Shown piece after piece: positions 23,331-36,453 of a DNA stretch of 64,000 bases. Below the pieces are notes generated by a model that was given only the letters and a program-made list of their open reading frames with translations, did not search any database and was not told the origin of the DNA. A program made the translations under genes and the position numbers. The DNA is from Macrostomum lignano. Taxonomy: Eukaryota. Each line of letters begins with the position of its first letter. The first letter of the stretch is position 1. The DNA is taken from assembly GCA_002269645.1 (NCBI GenBank), contig NIVC01001636.1, forward strand, positions 5,898 through 69,897. Direction: 5' to 3'.

Positions 23331-26159
23331 AATGGCTGCAGAGCCGTGACGAGTTAAAGTTATGATGGGTTTCGGCCTTTTTGGCCTTCGGGCCTCAATG
23401 TCTCAGAAATAAATAAATTAGAGTACTGGCCCCTGTACTAGTACTGACTACTGGTCCTGTCAGATGGTCAGCGCCATGGTAGCTTGATCTGTGGCGAGCA
23501 GTCTAGGTCCTATAGCTAAGAGAGAGACAGCGAGAGACAAGCACGGAGAATTTCGAAGTTAAAGATCAGGCAATCCGCAGATTATTAACTAACCCACTGC
23601 CACCAGCCCGTGCGTCATTGCTCACCAAACCGGAACTTTCGAAATCGGGCTTCCGACTAGGAGGGGCTTTGCACTTACCTGCCAGCTAGTGTCTTTGCTG
23701 TCAATCTCGAAGTCATAGCCGATGATAAGGGACACTGCTGGGACTTGATCGCATTGGCCATGCAGGTACAGAGGGGACTTGTGCAGAGGATTCTTGCAGT
23801 GGCGAGTCTATGGGGTAGCTACGTGTACTATTACATTGCTAAATACGATTAACAGAACTTTTGGCCTTCAGCGCGCCAACTAGCCTCTCGTAGCGCTGAT
23901 GATAGACTAACTCGAACATCAGAGGCCGCATGATTCATTACCCGAGCCGCTTGGCGAATCTAGAGTGCACAGAAGTGCATCTCTAGCGCCGATTTTGCAC
24001 TGTTGGCAATCTCGCTAACTGATTTGATAGGTTGATCGACTGAGAACTGCCTTGCCATTGGTCCACTGCGATCGGCGCCTACTAGCTTAGCTACTCATCT
24101 GAGCCATCGGCGAACAAAGAAATAAAACCAATAAAAAATTTCAGATTTAACCTTCTCTTTCAATCACTTCCTAATACTAAAAATGGTCTGTCTGTGTCTA
24201 TCTATCTATGTGATTTTCACACCTCAAAATGAATTGGAGTAATCAGACTACTAACAGTATTATTAAGTGATTTCTGCCTCAATAACATCACTGCTGAACA
24301 AAATGAGCAAAATTGTGCGCCTAATCCAGCTATTGAGATAGGGGACAGATAAGGAATCACCCAATCAAGCAAGTCTAGGTAGCCTCTCACCCAACCAATC
24401 AAAAACTCAACAGCCGGAGACCAGGTATTCCACAGTGACCGAATCGGCTTAGTGCTTCGCAGCTGTAGACCCAGGATGATGCTGTCACAAACTTCGCAGG
24501 TAGCTAGCAGGTGATGACCTTAATCTTGATGATCGTTGCTGTCGACCGGGGGGATTCGTCCTTGATGATGATGGGGGGGGAGTCGCGATCCGGGGATCAA
24601 GAAACGACGGTCGGGCTAGAGAGAGAGCGAGTTCCCGGCCAGTCAGCAGAAAGTCAGTGACAGCCGAGTTCCAAGCCAGTTGTGGTCCAAGCGGACCAAA
24701 AACACCGGTTTAACTGGACCGCAATTTTGTTAAAATGGAACACCTCGACGCTGATTGGCTAAGCTGATTTGTTATAACTGACGTCGAATTTTCTGATTGG
24801 CTGAGCAATTGTTGCCACTTAAACTCACGTGACAAAAGATCCTATCAGTTCCCTTGGGGCCACAAAAATTCGCCAGGTGCGGTCATAAATCACTCAAAAT
24901 CGCTACATAATGATTTATGACCTTTTGCGTTGGAATTACAAAAATTAATGAAAAAATATGCATTGGAAAGGTCTTACTATGTAGAAAGTGAAGATAGTGA
25001 AGACAAATCGCTAATCGCTAATTCCCAAAGTACTTTTAGGGGTAAAACGCATAGCTGTCAAAGCTGTTAAACGCCTGAGTGAACACGAACAATAAGCCGT
25101 GACCTCATAAATCTGATGGCCTGTCAAAATAATGAGAAAAAAAGCTACCGCTCGCATCCTTTCAGACCATCTGGCGCCAGCCTTAACACTGAGTGAGGCG
25201 CAGGTGGCTGTCAGACCAGCTCACAAGCGATGATTTATGACCCCAAAAGTAGCAAAAACCGCGCTATGTTATTATAACTACAGGTATGGCAAATCAGATA
25301 TGCTACAGAAATCCTGCTAGTATGAATTCTAGGAACATTAGAAAAAAGGAGAAAAATGCCCACGGCCTGCTGTTAGTAGGCTAGCAAGTTGGAAGCCCAT
25401 GAGCGGGCGTGAAATTTGGAAAAAAAGTTCGTCCTCATCACAAGTACAAAAATGGCGTTGAATCTACTGCATCGAAGAATGTCGCCATTCTGAGACTGGT
25501 TACTCTACAGAAGTACATTTACTGTACAAATTGCTTACGAAATATACATGACCTATGCTGGTACATGTACAGCTGCCCTTAGTATCACCAGGTCGTCGCA
25601 CTTAGTAGCGCATTTACCGTTTAACTGATTTCCTACATTCTCACTTTGAGCATCAAATTTTCATAGGCGCCCGATCGTCTCGACTGTGTAATCACGGAAG
25701 GTTGGTGCGCGTGCTGTCAGGCCTTGAATTTTTCTCGTTGGCCGGCTTGTACTCCGCTGGTTCGCGTCCCGGCAGTGTCCCGATGCGGCTTGCATCCCCT
25801 GGGAGCTGAGAGAGGCCGTGTGAGGCCTGAGAGGAGCCCAGAGACAGAAAGTCGGTCAAGGGGGCGCCATGCGCCCTTACGCCGAGCTCAAGAGCTCTCA
25901 AGGGAGCCGGCCTCTCTACGCAGGTAGGCGGTGAACGACGCCCCCGCAGAGGCCGTCTCAGGTCTGCCAGCCCGCTGTCTCCCAAACCACAGCAATAAGG
26001 TTGTTGCCAACAGCTTACACACCTGCAATTTTTATCTTCATCATCTCGACTTTTCTGGAGGGGTTCGCGATCATGAGGAAAGCAGAAGAACTCAAAATTG
26101 AACCGGAACCAGCTCGTGGCCTCATTGTACTCCTATTCATCTCATCTGGCTAGCCGCAC

Positions 26160-26875
26160 AGCGTATCAGCCAATCAGGCGGTAGTTGTGCGCGTCCACGG
26201 TCCCAGAGGCCTCGCCCCAGACCTCCACCCCCGCCACGATGCTGCCCACCCACTTGGCGGATCGGAAGTAGGACAGCGGCACGTGGGCCGTCCCTGGCGC
26301 TTGGATCAGCGCTTGGACGTCGATGCGGAACTTGCGTCACGGCGCGTGCTCCACTGGCGACCTGCGAAGGCAAGCAACGGAGTCTGGTATAGCTGATGGT
26401 TCGTCAGGTTCTTCAGGAAAAATAGAAGGTAACCAGCGGATGAAGTGCACCCAAAGGCCACCAAATCTGTGACAGTTGCTCTTCATGCTCAGTTGATGGA
26501 GCATAGCGAGTGCATTCTGTCCAACATCAGGCAGCTTCATTCGCACCTTTTGCACGACGGAGGAATCTGTCAGAAGCCAGGACTCACCTGCACCCGGGGT
26601 CCGGGTCCTCCCAGGCGTCGTAGCGGCTGAAGCCCCACAGCTTGCCATGCAGGTTCCACACGTTGGAGCGAATTCGGGGGTTCGGGTCGATGGACTGCTC
26701 GTCGAAGGTCTTCCGGTGCCAGTAGTCTGGCAACCTGGCGCCAGGCAGAGCACTCCAGAACTCGAAGATGTTGAGCCGGATGGAGTGCCCGTACTGCTGC
26801 AGATTGTTCCAGAAGCTGAGGTAGTGAACCACCTGACCGTGCGCGTACTTGCGATCGGGCCGGAGTAGTATGCAT
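26160..26875 (-). pseudogene. 5'-truncated pseudogene paralog of the 31896 secreted protein
   Basis: Same intron position (donor GTGAGT at 26587, acceptor CAG ending 26362) and shared KTFDEQSIDP.P..R.NVWNLHGKLWGFSRYDAWEDPDPGCR. TGG has become TGA early in exon 2, with a later frameshift. Confidence 0.85.
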
Positions 26876-26889
26876 GAGGGGAATTCTAG

Positions 26890-27710
26890 CACAGATTCCC
26901 CCCGCAATTTTTCGTGACAAAAAACTCCCCGCAATTTTTACTTAATTGGAACTTCTTAACACCTGCTATTTATGAGGTGGATGTAGAGATCCCAACAGAA
27001 CTGCACGACTATTTCTCGGACTTTCCACCCTTTCCAGAGAATATTCATTGTCCAAAAATGATGGAAAGCTCTGATGGAACTTGGTACCTGTCTAAAAGGG
27101 AAAAAAACATACCAAGAAACTCACACAAAATCTAAACAACAAAACGCGGTATAAAATTGATTATAAACTGCTGCAGTATTTTATTTACCTAAGTTGTAAG
27201 GTTACAAAAGTGCACAGAGCACTTGCATTCACAGAAGAAACGTGGATGAAACCCTATATTGATAAGAACAACCAGTTTAGAACAGAAGCTACTAATAATT
27301 TTGATAAGGACCTGTTCAAACTGGCCAATAATTCTGTCTACGGCAAGAGTTTAGAGAACGAACGAAAAAGAGCAAACTTGAAGCTTGTTAAGTCATCCGA
27401 GTCGGATGTTATTTTAACTAGTATATCGAAACCTACTTTTAAGGAGCTGCACCGATTTAATAATCACTTGGTTGCGATCCTATTTTATAAAACTAGAACG
27501 AAATTAGCCAAGCCAATTTTCAAAGATGTGGCTATATTAGATGAATCAAAGCGTTTAATGTACAAGTTCTTCTATGATTTGAAGGTAAGATATGGGGATA
27601 AAATCAAACTGCTATATACCGACACAGACAGTTTGATTTTGAGTGACAAATTGCGGGGGGTTTGTCACGAAAAATTGCGGTGAGTTTTTGTCACAAAAAT
27701 TGTGGGGAGC
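26890..27710 (+). mobile_element. Polinton/Maverick-type protein-primed DNA polymerase B fragment flanked by inverted repeats
   Basis: IYEVDVEIPTELHDYFSDFPPFPE, HRALAF...WMKPYIDKN, LFKLANNSVYGKSLEN (KxxxNSxYG) and YTDTDSL. Flanks CCCGCAATTTTTCGTGACAAA (26900-26940) and its reverse complement in tandem (27648-27707). Confidence 0.8.
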
Positions 27711-28520
27711 AGGCAGCCTGTGTTCTCCTACCAGTTGGCGAGCGGATCCTCTGTTGTCCTGTCTGCCTCAAGATTCGACAGGTTCCTCAAGCGCTGCCTA
27801 GCAACTGCTGAGCAGGACGCTCGTTCTTTCTCAGCGCACAGCCTGCGCAGAGGTGGTGCCACCTGGGCCTACCGTCTCGGACTATCTGTTCAAGAGGTGA
27901 AGTGCATCGGTGACTGGCGAAGTGATGCTGTGACTGCCTACCTTCCATCTGCTGATTCTGTGCGGGCTGGTTCGCGTTTTGCTGGTGCTTTTAGCGAGAG
28001 CTGCCTTTGAATAACTTTTGCTTGTGTTCAAAGTTTTATTTCCGTTCTTATCCCTAGCCTTATTTCCACCGTTTCGTAAATTCTCTCCTTCGTTCATTCA
28101 TTTGTTTGTTTAGCCTTGGGGTTGCATCCTCTGGCTTTTCGCTGCCTCGCCATCGCCACACTCGGTTTGTCTTTGTCTTTGTCTTTGCCTCCCCTTCACT
28201 AATGCACCGGTTTGCGCGAGCCCGCGAGGGCTAACCGCTGTTAGTGCAAGGGGGGGCTGTTTGGGTGCTGGCTGTCTGGTGGGGTGGTGGGTGCGTTGGT
28301 GCGTGCGCGTGCCTATTTAGGCCGCCACCTTTGTGGCTGCGCGGGGTTGCTCGCGGTTGAATTTTTTTTCCTCGCTAATTTATAATTTTTAATCAGTTTA
28401 ATTCGTTTTAACAAGTCATGAAATAAATACGATCGACTGAGGGTTGCATCCTCTGGCTTTTCGCTGCCTCGCCATCGCCACACTCGGTTTGTCTTTGTCT
28501 TTGTCTTTGCCTCCCCTTCA
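27711..28520 (+). mobile_element. 3' end of a DIRS-superfamily (Ngaro-like) retrotransposon: YR C-terminus plus terminal direct repeats
   Basis: FSAHSLRRGGATWAYRLGLSVQEVKCIGDWRSDAVTAYL; 80-bp direct repeats at 28119-28198 and 28441-28520 (B1/B2 of a split-direct-repeat structure). Confidence 0.8.
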
Positions 28521-28959
28521 ATAACGGAAAAAATCAAGCTCGGTCCTTGACGTGGTGTCCAGCCGAGCGAGTGTAAAGCATGTGGCCACCGATCCTCACT
28601 ATCGTACATCGGCTGCGTCCTCAAACCTTAAGATCAATACCCCAGACCTTTTCCCTTGATTGCCATTTCAGGTAGCTGCAAGTCTTAGAGGACTAGGCTC
28701 TCTTAGCTCCCTATCCTTCAGTCTCCCAATCCACAAGTTCTCTGTTGCCTTGAGAGTGAAGAATTTTGACCAACCTTCCGCTATTTCCATGAGAGCTCGC
28801 TGATGTGTGCGCAGAGAATGAAAGGAGATGGAGTAGCCCAATTCGTGGCTCTGCTTTCACTTCCCAGTATCACCTTGTCATAAAGGCCTGAAACGTACTA
28901 ATCACAGCCTTTCACCTGTTGCACCGTTAGCAACCGTTTCTAACTGGGTCATGTTTCTA

Positions 28960-29335
28960 ATGTCGGTTCATGGGCACGTTTTCCCTCGCTGTCTGGAGGC
29001 AGCGCAGAGGCCGATCGCTCCGGACCGTTCTGCAGAACTGTGCGCTGCCAGACCGTCTGAAGGCCCAGCTTTTTTTGCCGCAGTGGTTGAGACGTTACTT
29101 TTGTACAACGCCAAGACGTGGATGCTCAGTGTCTCCCTGGAACGGCAGCTGGATCTGGCCCACCCAAGCCTGCTGCGAGCGGTCTTCGGAGTTCACTTCC
29201 AGCAGCGCTGACCTGTGCACGAGAGCCGGGCTGGCACCCCTGAGCCAGCTGCTTCGTGCTGGGTGCCGCCCGAGGTTGACAGGTCACGTGCCGCGTGCTG
29301 AGGCGCGGACCCCGGAGCCGCTAAAGCAGGTGCTC
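28960..29335 (+). mobile_element. RTE-like LINE ORF C-terminal fragment
   Basis: AVVETLLLYNAKTWML...LERQLDLAHPSLLRAVFG and LCTRAGLAPLSQLLR...RLTGHVPRAEA..PEPLKQVL; frameshifted. Confidence 0.7.
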
Positions 29336-29339
29336 CGAC

Positions 29340-30760
29340 TTTATTTTTTTTTCTACATCAAAATCACTCTACTGAATGTTCTCTATTCGAAAACACCGAG
29401 ATCTGGCCGATTGGGCCACTAAAAAATTTCCCAGGTGCCGTAAAGTGCCTTAAAACGTCGTTTTTGAAAAATTGCATCACGTTTTTAAAAAAGTAGTCCC
29501 CAAAGTTAAGAAAGTGTTTTATGCTACGGTTTTGAGGCTTTAACACGACGTGTCAAACATATGAAAATTTGTTTTCCTGAATTTTCTAAGCATTTAGACC
29601 TACCTGTGCAGAGCAGGGGCCCGGAAACCAGTGAAAAAAGAGGCCGGGTGCTCTGCAGAAAATCAGACGTTGTTGAGGTATTTTTTTTAAATTGGGCGAA
29701 TTTTTTCAAGTGTAGTGTCAAATTGTAGCCCATCGAATGCCCGTTCGAACGACGCAAGACACTCTGGAAAAAACCCCTGTTAACATGTACTTTTTACCTG
29801 TTAATTGAAAAACGGCCCATTTGGGGGTACAAACTTTGAAGTCGAAAAATAAGAATTTTTGCGCACCGATATTTCTGCATTTTCAATATTGTGTAGCCGA
29901 ATAACTGAGCCGAATATGGCTGGAAAATTCGTATTTTTGAGAAAATTGCCTTTGGATTTTTAGGATGTTTTTAGGCAAATTTTGAGCATACTTTTGCTAA
30001 TTACTCTGCATTGGCAAGGCCTAGAGACTCAAGTTTGGTGTCTAAAAACAGCACTACGGATGCACTATGCAACTAAATCAGTTTTGAATACTGATTATTC
30101 TTAGGTTAAAAGGTCTTAATACCTGTTTGATTACCTGTCGGAACAGGTGAAAATGTATTACGCAACCCCTACCCAACAACAACAACAACCCTAACAACAA
30201 CCCCTACCCAACAACAACAACAACCCCAACAACAACAACCCCTACTCAACAACAACCCCTACTCAACAATAACAACAACCCCAACAACAACAACACTCCC
30301 AACAACAACCCACGTTTGAGTTTTACGTCCTATAAATACTCTAGTGGTACTTGATTGGATAGCCTGCTGCACGAGACTACAGTTTCGTCGAGACTGAATT
30401 GTGCACCATTTAGTTTGGATATTTGGCGTAAGGTATTTAGGGTTTGGAAATATTGGTCACTAAGATGTTTTTTAGCAGTAAATATATGCCTGCAATTTAT
30501 ATCCGTTTGATAAGTAATTTTATTAATTTATTTAAACAGTTATGCATAAACTTTGTTTAAATGAAATTATAATCATAGCCCAAGCAGCTTTTAAGTTCTT
30601 AATTTGTAAAATGTAATAGCCATTTAAGATAAAAACACAATATAGCTTCTTAATTAGTTCTTAATTTGGGTTAAATAAATAGGTCATAACCATAAACAAT
30701 ATTGGCCATAATAAACCATCGTCCCACCTTTGAAGACGACAGTGTCTTCATTCACTAGTT
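29340..30760 (+). mobile_element. Second, 5'-truncated copy of the Helentron-like element, with a CAA-rich repeat at 30160-30310
   Basis: 29370-30150 aligns to 18890-19690; same 3' end CATCGTCCCACCTTTGAAGAC..GTCTTCATTCACTAG|T (CTAG at 30755-30758). Confidence 0.62.
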
Positions 30761-30806
30761 TATTTACCACGTAACCCGAAAAGCTACAATTAAGGTGCAA
30801 CGGCAA

Positions 30807-31896
30807 TCAGCCAATCAGACGGTAGTTGCGCGCGTCCACGGTTACTGAGGCCTGGCCCCACACCTCCACGCCGGTCACGATGCTGCCCACCCACTTGGCC
30901 GACCGGAAGTAGGACAGCGGCACGTGGCCGTCCCTGGCCAGGCCGTGAATCAGTGACTGGACGTTGATGTGGAACTTGCGCCACGGCACGTTCTCAATCG
31001 GCGACCTACAAATACGATGGACAAGATGGAGCATAGAGAAAAGCGCCCGCGATTGAGCGAATTGTTGCGTTCAGTGATTGCTGCGATCGATTTAAACCCA
31101 ACGGGGTGAGTGTGAGAGCTTTGGCGACTCACCTACACCCGGGGTCCGGGTCCTCCCAGGCGTCGTAGCGGCTGAAGCCCCACAGCTTGCCATGCAGGTT
31201 CCACACGTTCGCTCGTAGGTTGGGATGCGGGTCGATCGACTGCTCGTCGAATGTCTTGAGGTTCCAATAGAATGGAGGCTTGGCACCACGCGGGGCACTC
31301 CAGAACTGGAAGATGTTGAGCCGGATTGCGTGCTCGTACCGCTCCTGATCGTTGTAGAAGGTGAGGTAGTGCGACACGTGGCCGTGCGCGTACCTGCGGT
31401 CGCCCCTGTAGCACACCTTGGCACGCAGCTCCAGCTCCAGGTAGCGAATCTTGAAGGGGTCGATTCGCAGGGGCGGCAGACCAGAGCACACGGTGTTTTG
31501 ATTCTCCTGGATGCCGATGTACGACCGAGTTTGCACGCTCCAGTCGCGCATGCTCAGCGTCAGTCTCGCGAAGCCCTGGTTGGACCAGTAGAAGTAGAAG
31601 GGGCACCGCTCGCCTAGGATCGGCCGGAACACCGGCTTCGGGTCGTTGATGATGGCCCCGGTGTTCGGCTTGCACGGCGTGTCTCGGTTTGACTCGGCGT
31701 CGTACGACAGCGTGTAGAAGCCCCTGTTGAGGCTGTTGCAACACCTTCCAGTGCTAGAGGCGGCACAGCTTTCAAAGAAGTAGGGACTATTGGGGTTCCA
31801 GTAGGCCGCCAGCTGTTTGCGCATGCCCGGGTCCCAGTTCAGGTTTGCGAGCGCCCCAGGCAGGAGGCAGAGGAGCAGAATAGCGAAAGACTGCAT
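30807..31896 (-). CDS. Secreted protein of unknown family (2 exons: 31896-31133, 31005-30807; 320 aa)
   Basis: GCC-ATG start, signal peptide MQSFAILLLCLLPGALA; phase-2 intron AG|GTGAGT...TTTGTAG|G gives 963 nt open; Cys- and aromatic-rich; intron position conserved in the paralog at 26160-26875. Confidence 0.85.
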
Positions 31897-33112
31897 GGCT
31901 ACCAATTCCCCATGCAGTCGTGAAGGTTTTGCGGCTACTTAAAAGCAAGAACTTCTCGCAGCTGACAGGTTCCCTGCGTATCGCTGACGGATAAGGCAAG
32001 TCAGACAAGGCAAGTCAGATAAGGCTAGTCTGATTGAGCCAAAGTCTTGTGACAAGGTCCCGTAAATAACTGATTTGGGTGTAATAGAATAAGGAGCTCG
32101 TATTACTTGTTTAAAAAAATTTCAAAGGGTCAAGTTGAACTTCGGTGGTTTTAAGCCAGATCAATGTCTTAGGATTATTGTGTAATTTTAGTTTAGTTTT
32201 TAGCAATTTTTGGATGGTCCAAACTAGCACGATTATCATAAATAATTGAATACTACATTGACCTCTCTTTGTGTATCTGATGAACTAAAAATTTATGAAA
32301 TAACCATCAGCATAGTTCTTGAGCCTGTCTGAACAAAATCAATGAATCCACGGAAACTAGAAAATCCATACAGGTAGAGGTAAAAAGAAGGCAAAGACAA
32401 ATAAGCATGAAAATTAAGACTTAAAAATAAACATAGGTTCAAAATAAATATTAAAAAACTTTGAGTGCAACCATGAGGAATCGGTCTATTGTCTATTTAA
32501 TCTATTTAAGGACATGGGCATACGATTTAAGATATTTTATAAACCCTTGTGCAAACCTGCTATGATTGATTGATGTTGTCTTTGGCCTCCTCACTCTATG
32601 CTTGAGGTTGAGGTCTCGTAAAGTAGTTCTACCTATGCACATGTACCGACGTATGATATTCTCGCACGATATATTTGCAAGATATACACCCAACTCGACC
32701 CGCATGGCTCTACCGAGACACTACTTGACCCGCACGGCTACACCGAGATCTTAGATCACCCATCTACTGTCTATTTGCGATCCGTCGTTATCTGTGGCGA
32801 TCTGCGGCGATCTGCGGCGGTCTCAGGCTATCTGCAGCGACCTACGACGATTTCTAGCAATCTGCGGTTAGCTGAGGCGATATGAAATCTGCAAGTGGCC
32901 CAAAGGCGATCTACATCGGCCGGAGCGAACTGAACATCGGCTGAGACGCGGTCTGCATCCGCCAAAGGCCACCTACGACTTTCCGAGCGAGGAGACGAAC
33001 CAAGGCCGCAATTACGTTTCGTAAACCGGTATTCGTAGTCCGTCTTAGCAGTTGGTTTGCGTGATTTTAGTTTTAGGTCCTTTAGGTTGGGTATCAGGTC
33101 CTGCCAGATACT

Positions 33113-35631
33113 GTGTGCTTTTGTTCTTCTCTCATTTTCCGCTTTCTATTTCTTTCTTGCTGCCTTCTCTTCCTTGCCGAGCCGGTCATGAGTGATCACG
33201 AGGAGTCCGCAGTCAATAGTGCCACAGGCACAGGGAGTGCTGCAGGTTTTGGTACCTCTGATTCTGAACAGAAGCCCAATGCGAGCGCTGCAAGCGCAAG
33301 TTACACATCAGATCCGCTGCTCGCCAACACTTTTACTGCGTTGCACCGCTTCCTAGAAAGTCGATTTTCGGGAGAACCGCCGACTAGAACTCGCTATGAG
33401 AATATCGAATTATCATCAAGCATCAAACTTTGTCCGCCTGCACTGTTCACTATTAATACTCCCTTTGATGTCTGGAAAGCCCAGTTTAAAACCTACATTG
33501 AGACTACCAATGTCCCTTATTTTCAACAGACTGCTGTGCTCCAATCAATTCTGGCAACCAAATGCCAAGACTTCTTTCTGAACAACAAATTAGATAACAA
33601 ATCTTGTGATGAGGCGCTACGCCTCATGAGAGCACGGTACACAGACTCGAATCTCAAGGATAAAAAGTACATGGAGCTGGTTTCGACCCATCAAGAAAGC
33701 GCTAAGTCCATTGTAGAATTCTATGACCGTCTGGCCACCTGTGCCAGGATCGCTTGCTTGACTTCAGAGGTGTTGGCTGAAAGGCTCCTGTGCTGGAGTA
33801 GGAATACAGTGGAAAGGAGTTCCTTGTTGAACGGTAAGACCAAGAGTGTTTCGGCTGCTGTACTAGTTTCCAAAGCCAAAGAGATGGTCGGTATACAGCA
33901 GCTTCTGCACCCCGCTCCGAACTCTTCTGCGAATATCCGAGTCCTTGAGACCGAGAAGGCTTCTCTGGAGGCAAGAGTAGAAGAGCTAGAGAGACTCCTT
34001 CGACTCCAGAACCAGGCTGGTGTTTCCAAGCCTGTTGCTGTCAATCGACCACAACTATCTAACAAGCCAATCCAAAATTCAAACCAACACAAGCCACATA
34101 ACAATCACAAGAATAAACAGCCGCCAAATCATGGGGCAACTCAGCAATTTGGTACAGCGGTGTCCGATTGCTAGTCCGATTGCTAAATAGTAGCGATCAA
34201 CCAGCTAGGATTGAGCGTGACCAAGAGATTGCATCTTTCAAGAGCTCGGCCATGGAGAAGTAGTACATGTAGTACCAACTGCTCTGTCTGAGAAGTATTT
34301 TTCCATAGACAACTGCAATCTCCTCAACAGTAAGCTTTCAAGATTACCACCACCAGAAAAAGGTACAGCAGAATGGCTTGTGAAACAGTTCCTACTCGAC
34401 CAGTCCAGTCTGACTCCAAATCAATGAGACCTAACTTTGCGCATGCTTAACTACTTTTTAAGCCAGATATCCCAGGATAATAGTGATCTTGGTCGCACAA
34501 AGCTACATGAAATGTCAATCGATTTGATTGAGAAGGACAATCATCCGGTTCTGCTCGCTTCGAGGAGCTAGAACAACTCCAGCTCAAAAGGAGTTTTTAG
34601 ATCAACATATTAGTCAATTGCTCAAGCAGGATGTAATTGAAGAGTGTGATTCAGACTGGGTATCACCGATAGTGTTAGTTAAGAAGAAAGATAGGTCTCA
34701 GAGACTATGTATTGACTACCGAACTGTAAACAAGTTAATTCGACCCTGTAGTTTTCCATTGCCAATAATTGAGGAGTCGTTTGACAGCCTGGCTGGTTCT
34801 TCGGTGTTCAGCAGCCTTGACTTAACCTCTGCCTATTGGCAGGTGGGAATCAAAGAAGTAGACAGAGATTTTACAGCTTTCTCTTGTCCACAGGGCGCGT
34901 TTCGTTGGAAGGTAATATCATTTGGGATCAAAACAGCCCAGCGAATTTCGGTAAATTAATGCACAAGGTATTCCAGCCATTGCTTATGAAAGTTAGCCTA
35001 ATTCACCTTAATGACATAAAAATAAAAGCACAGAATAATGACCAAATGATCGCGCACTTAGCGCTGGTGCTTTGGCAACTTCGCACTTCGCACTTCAGGC
35101 CAACCTGAAGATTAAACCTGCGAAGTGTGAGCTATCCAAAGACAGAGTTATGTTCTTAGGGTTCATAGTCTCGTCTAATGGTATCGAAGCCGACCCAGCC
35201 AAGAATCGAGCAGTCCAAGAGTGGTGTAGACCGAAAGACAAGAAACAGTTTATGGCGTTTCTTGGCTTTCCCAACTATTATAGGAAATTTGTACAACGAT
35301 TCTCAGTTATTGCCACGCCGCTGTACGCGCTGGCGAAAGGTGGTTAGAACGCCACGAACGCGCGTTCCAAGAACTCAAGCGCAGTTTGTGCAACCCACCG
35401 GTATTAGCGTATCCGGACTTGTCTCCCGACATTCGTGGGTTCGTTCTCGACTGCGACAGTTCACTTGAAGGAGTTGGCGGCGTGCTATCTCAGATAGGCC
35501 CAGATGGGTCAGAACAAGTCGTTGCGTACGCATCTAAGAAATTTTTGCAGAGTCAGTCAAATTATTGTGCAACCATGCGCGAGTTACTAGGGTTAGTACT
35601 CATGCTAGAGCACTTTTGTACAAATCTGTGA
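33113..35631 (+). mobile_element. Decayed Ty3/gypsy retrotransposon (gag, RT and RNase H fragments)
   Basis: gag-like ORF 33113-34174; RT motifs WVSPIVLVKKKD...RLCIDYR and FSSLDLTSAYWQV; RNase H PVLAYPD..FVLDCDSSLEGVGGVLSQ...VVAYASK; many stops and frameshifts; no paired LTRs found. Confidence 0.85.
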
Positions 35632-35859
35632 GGGTACCGGCCAGGGAAAGACTATGTCGCGGCAGATATGCTGAGACAAAATCCTCGCTTTCGAGCCGAT
35701 CACTTCGACTGCCCGTCGTGCAGCATTGTACCTGAATTTCAAGAGAAATTTAAAATCGAGCAAGCTAAAAAGTCAGCATCAGTTAAAATCAGAAAGCAGC
35801 AAGTTGACGCTGCAGTACAATGCTCTGTAGCGTTAGTGACATATACACATAGTGTACTA

Positions 35860-36453
35860 TGACACATAGTGCTTTTGACACTAGGAGGCGGTCCTACCGA
35901 AACCAGCATGATGTTGAAGGAGCTATCGGTTTGGAATGTAACGAATCTAGGTGGCTTCGCCTCGGCCTCAAATTTTTTTATTAGTTGCTCCAATGAGTTG
36001 ACAGAATCCTTAAGAAAAAAATCTGCTATTAACTGCTCTTGAACAGCAAAACCGGCCTCGTGTCGACGCGATGACGTAGCTTTGTCAGATCTCTCAGTTC
36101 GTGGAGGCTTTGTAAAGTAGGGCGGCATATTTGTGCTGCTGAATTGTGTGGGAACTGCATCTGGCTTCAGTCTTCTCCGGGAGAGGAGAGCATGGAGATC
36201 ATCAGTAGACTTTCGCTTCTTCCTGCGCAGGTGGCTGTCTTGGCTGTCGCTGACAAAATCCGAATCGACGAAGTGCATAGAGCAGATGCGAGTGTAATTA
36301 GTTGGTTCGAACGTTGGCTCTCTAGATAGGTTACGAGCCATTTTGCAAGGAGTTCCTTGTTTTCAGGAAACCCTCATGAAATGACACTTCTTTCCCTGTT
36401 ACCTGGGAGTCGTATCCGGATTTGCAGCCATATACAGCACACTTGTAGGGCAT
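35860..36453 (-). pseudogene. THAP zinc-finger protein (P-element-like transposase N-terminus), frameshifted
   Basis: MPYKCAVYGCKSGY...VSFH..FP...LLAKW..NLSR..FEPT.YTRICSMHF...RRLKPDAVPT, the C2CH THAP signature with the AVPT box. Confidence 0.78.

Noticed and set aside
23440-24480. Possible LINE ORF1 zinc-knuckle and ORF2 C-terminal remnants on the minus strand
   Set aside because: Too degenerate to support without a profile search.
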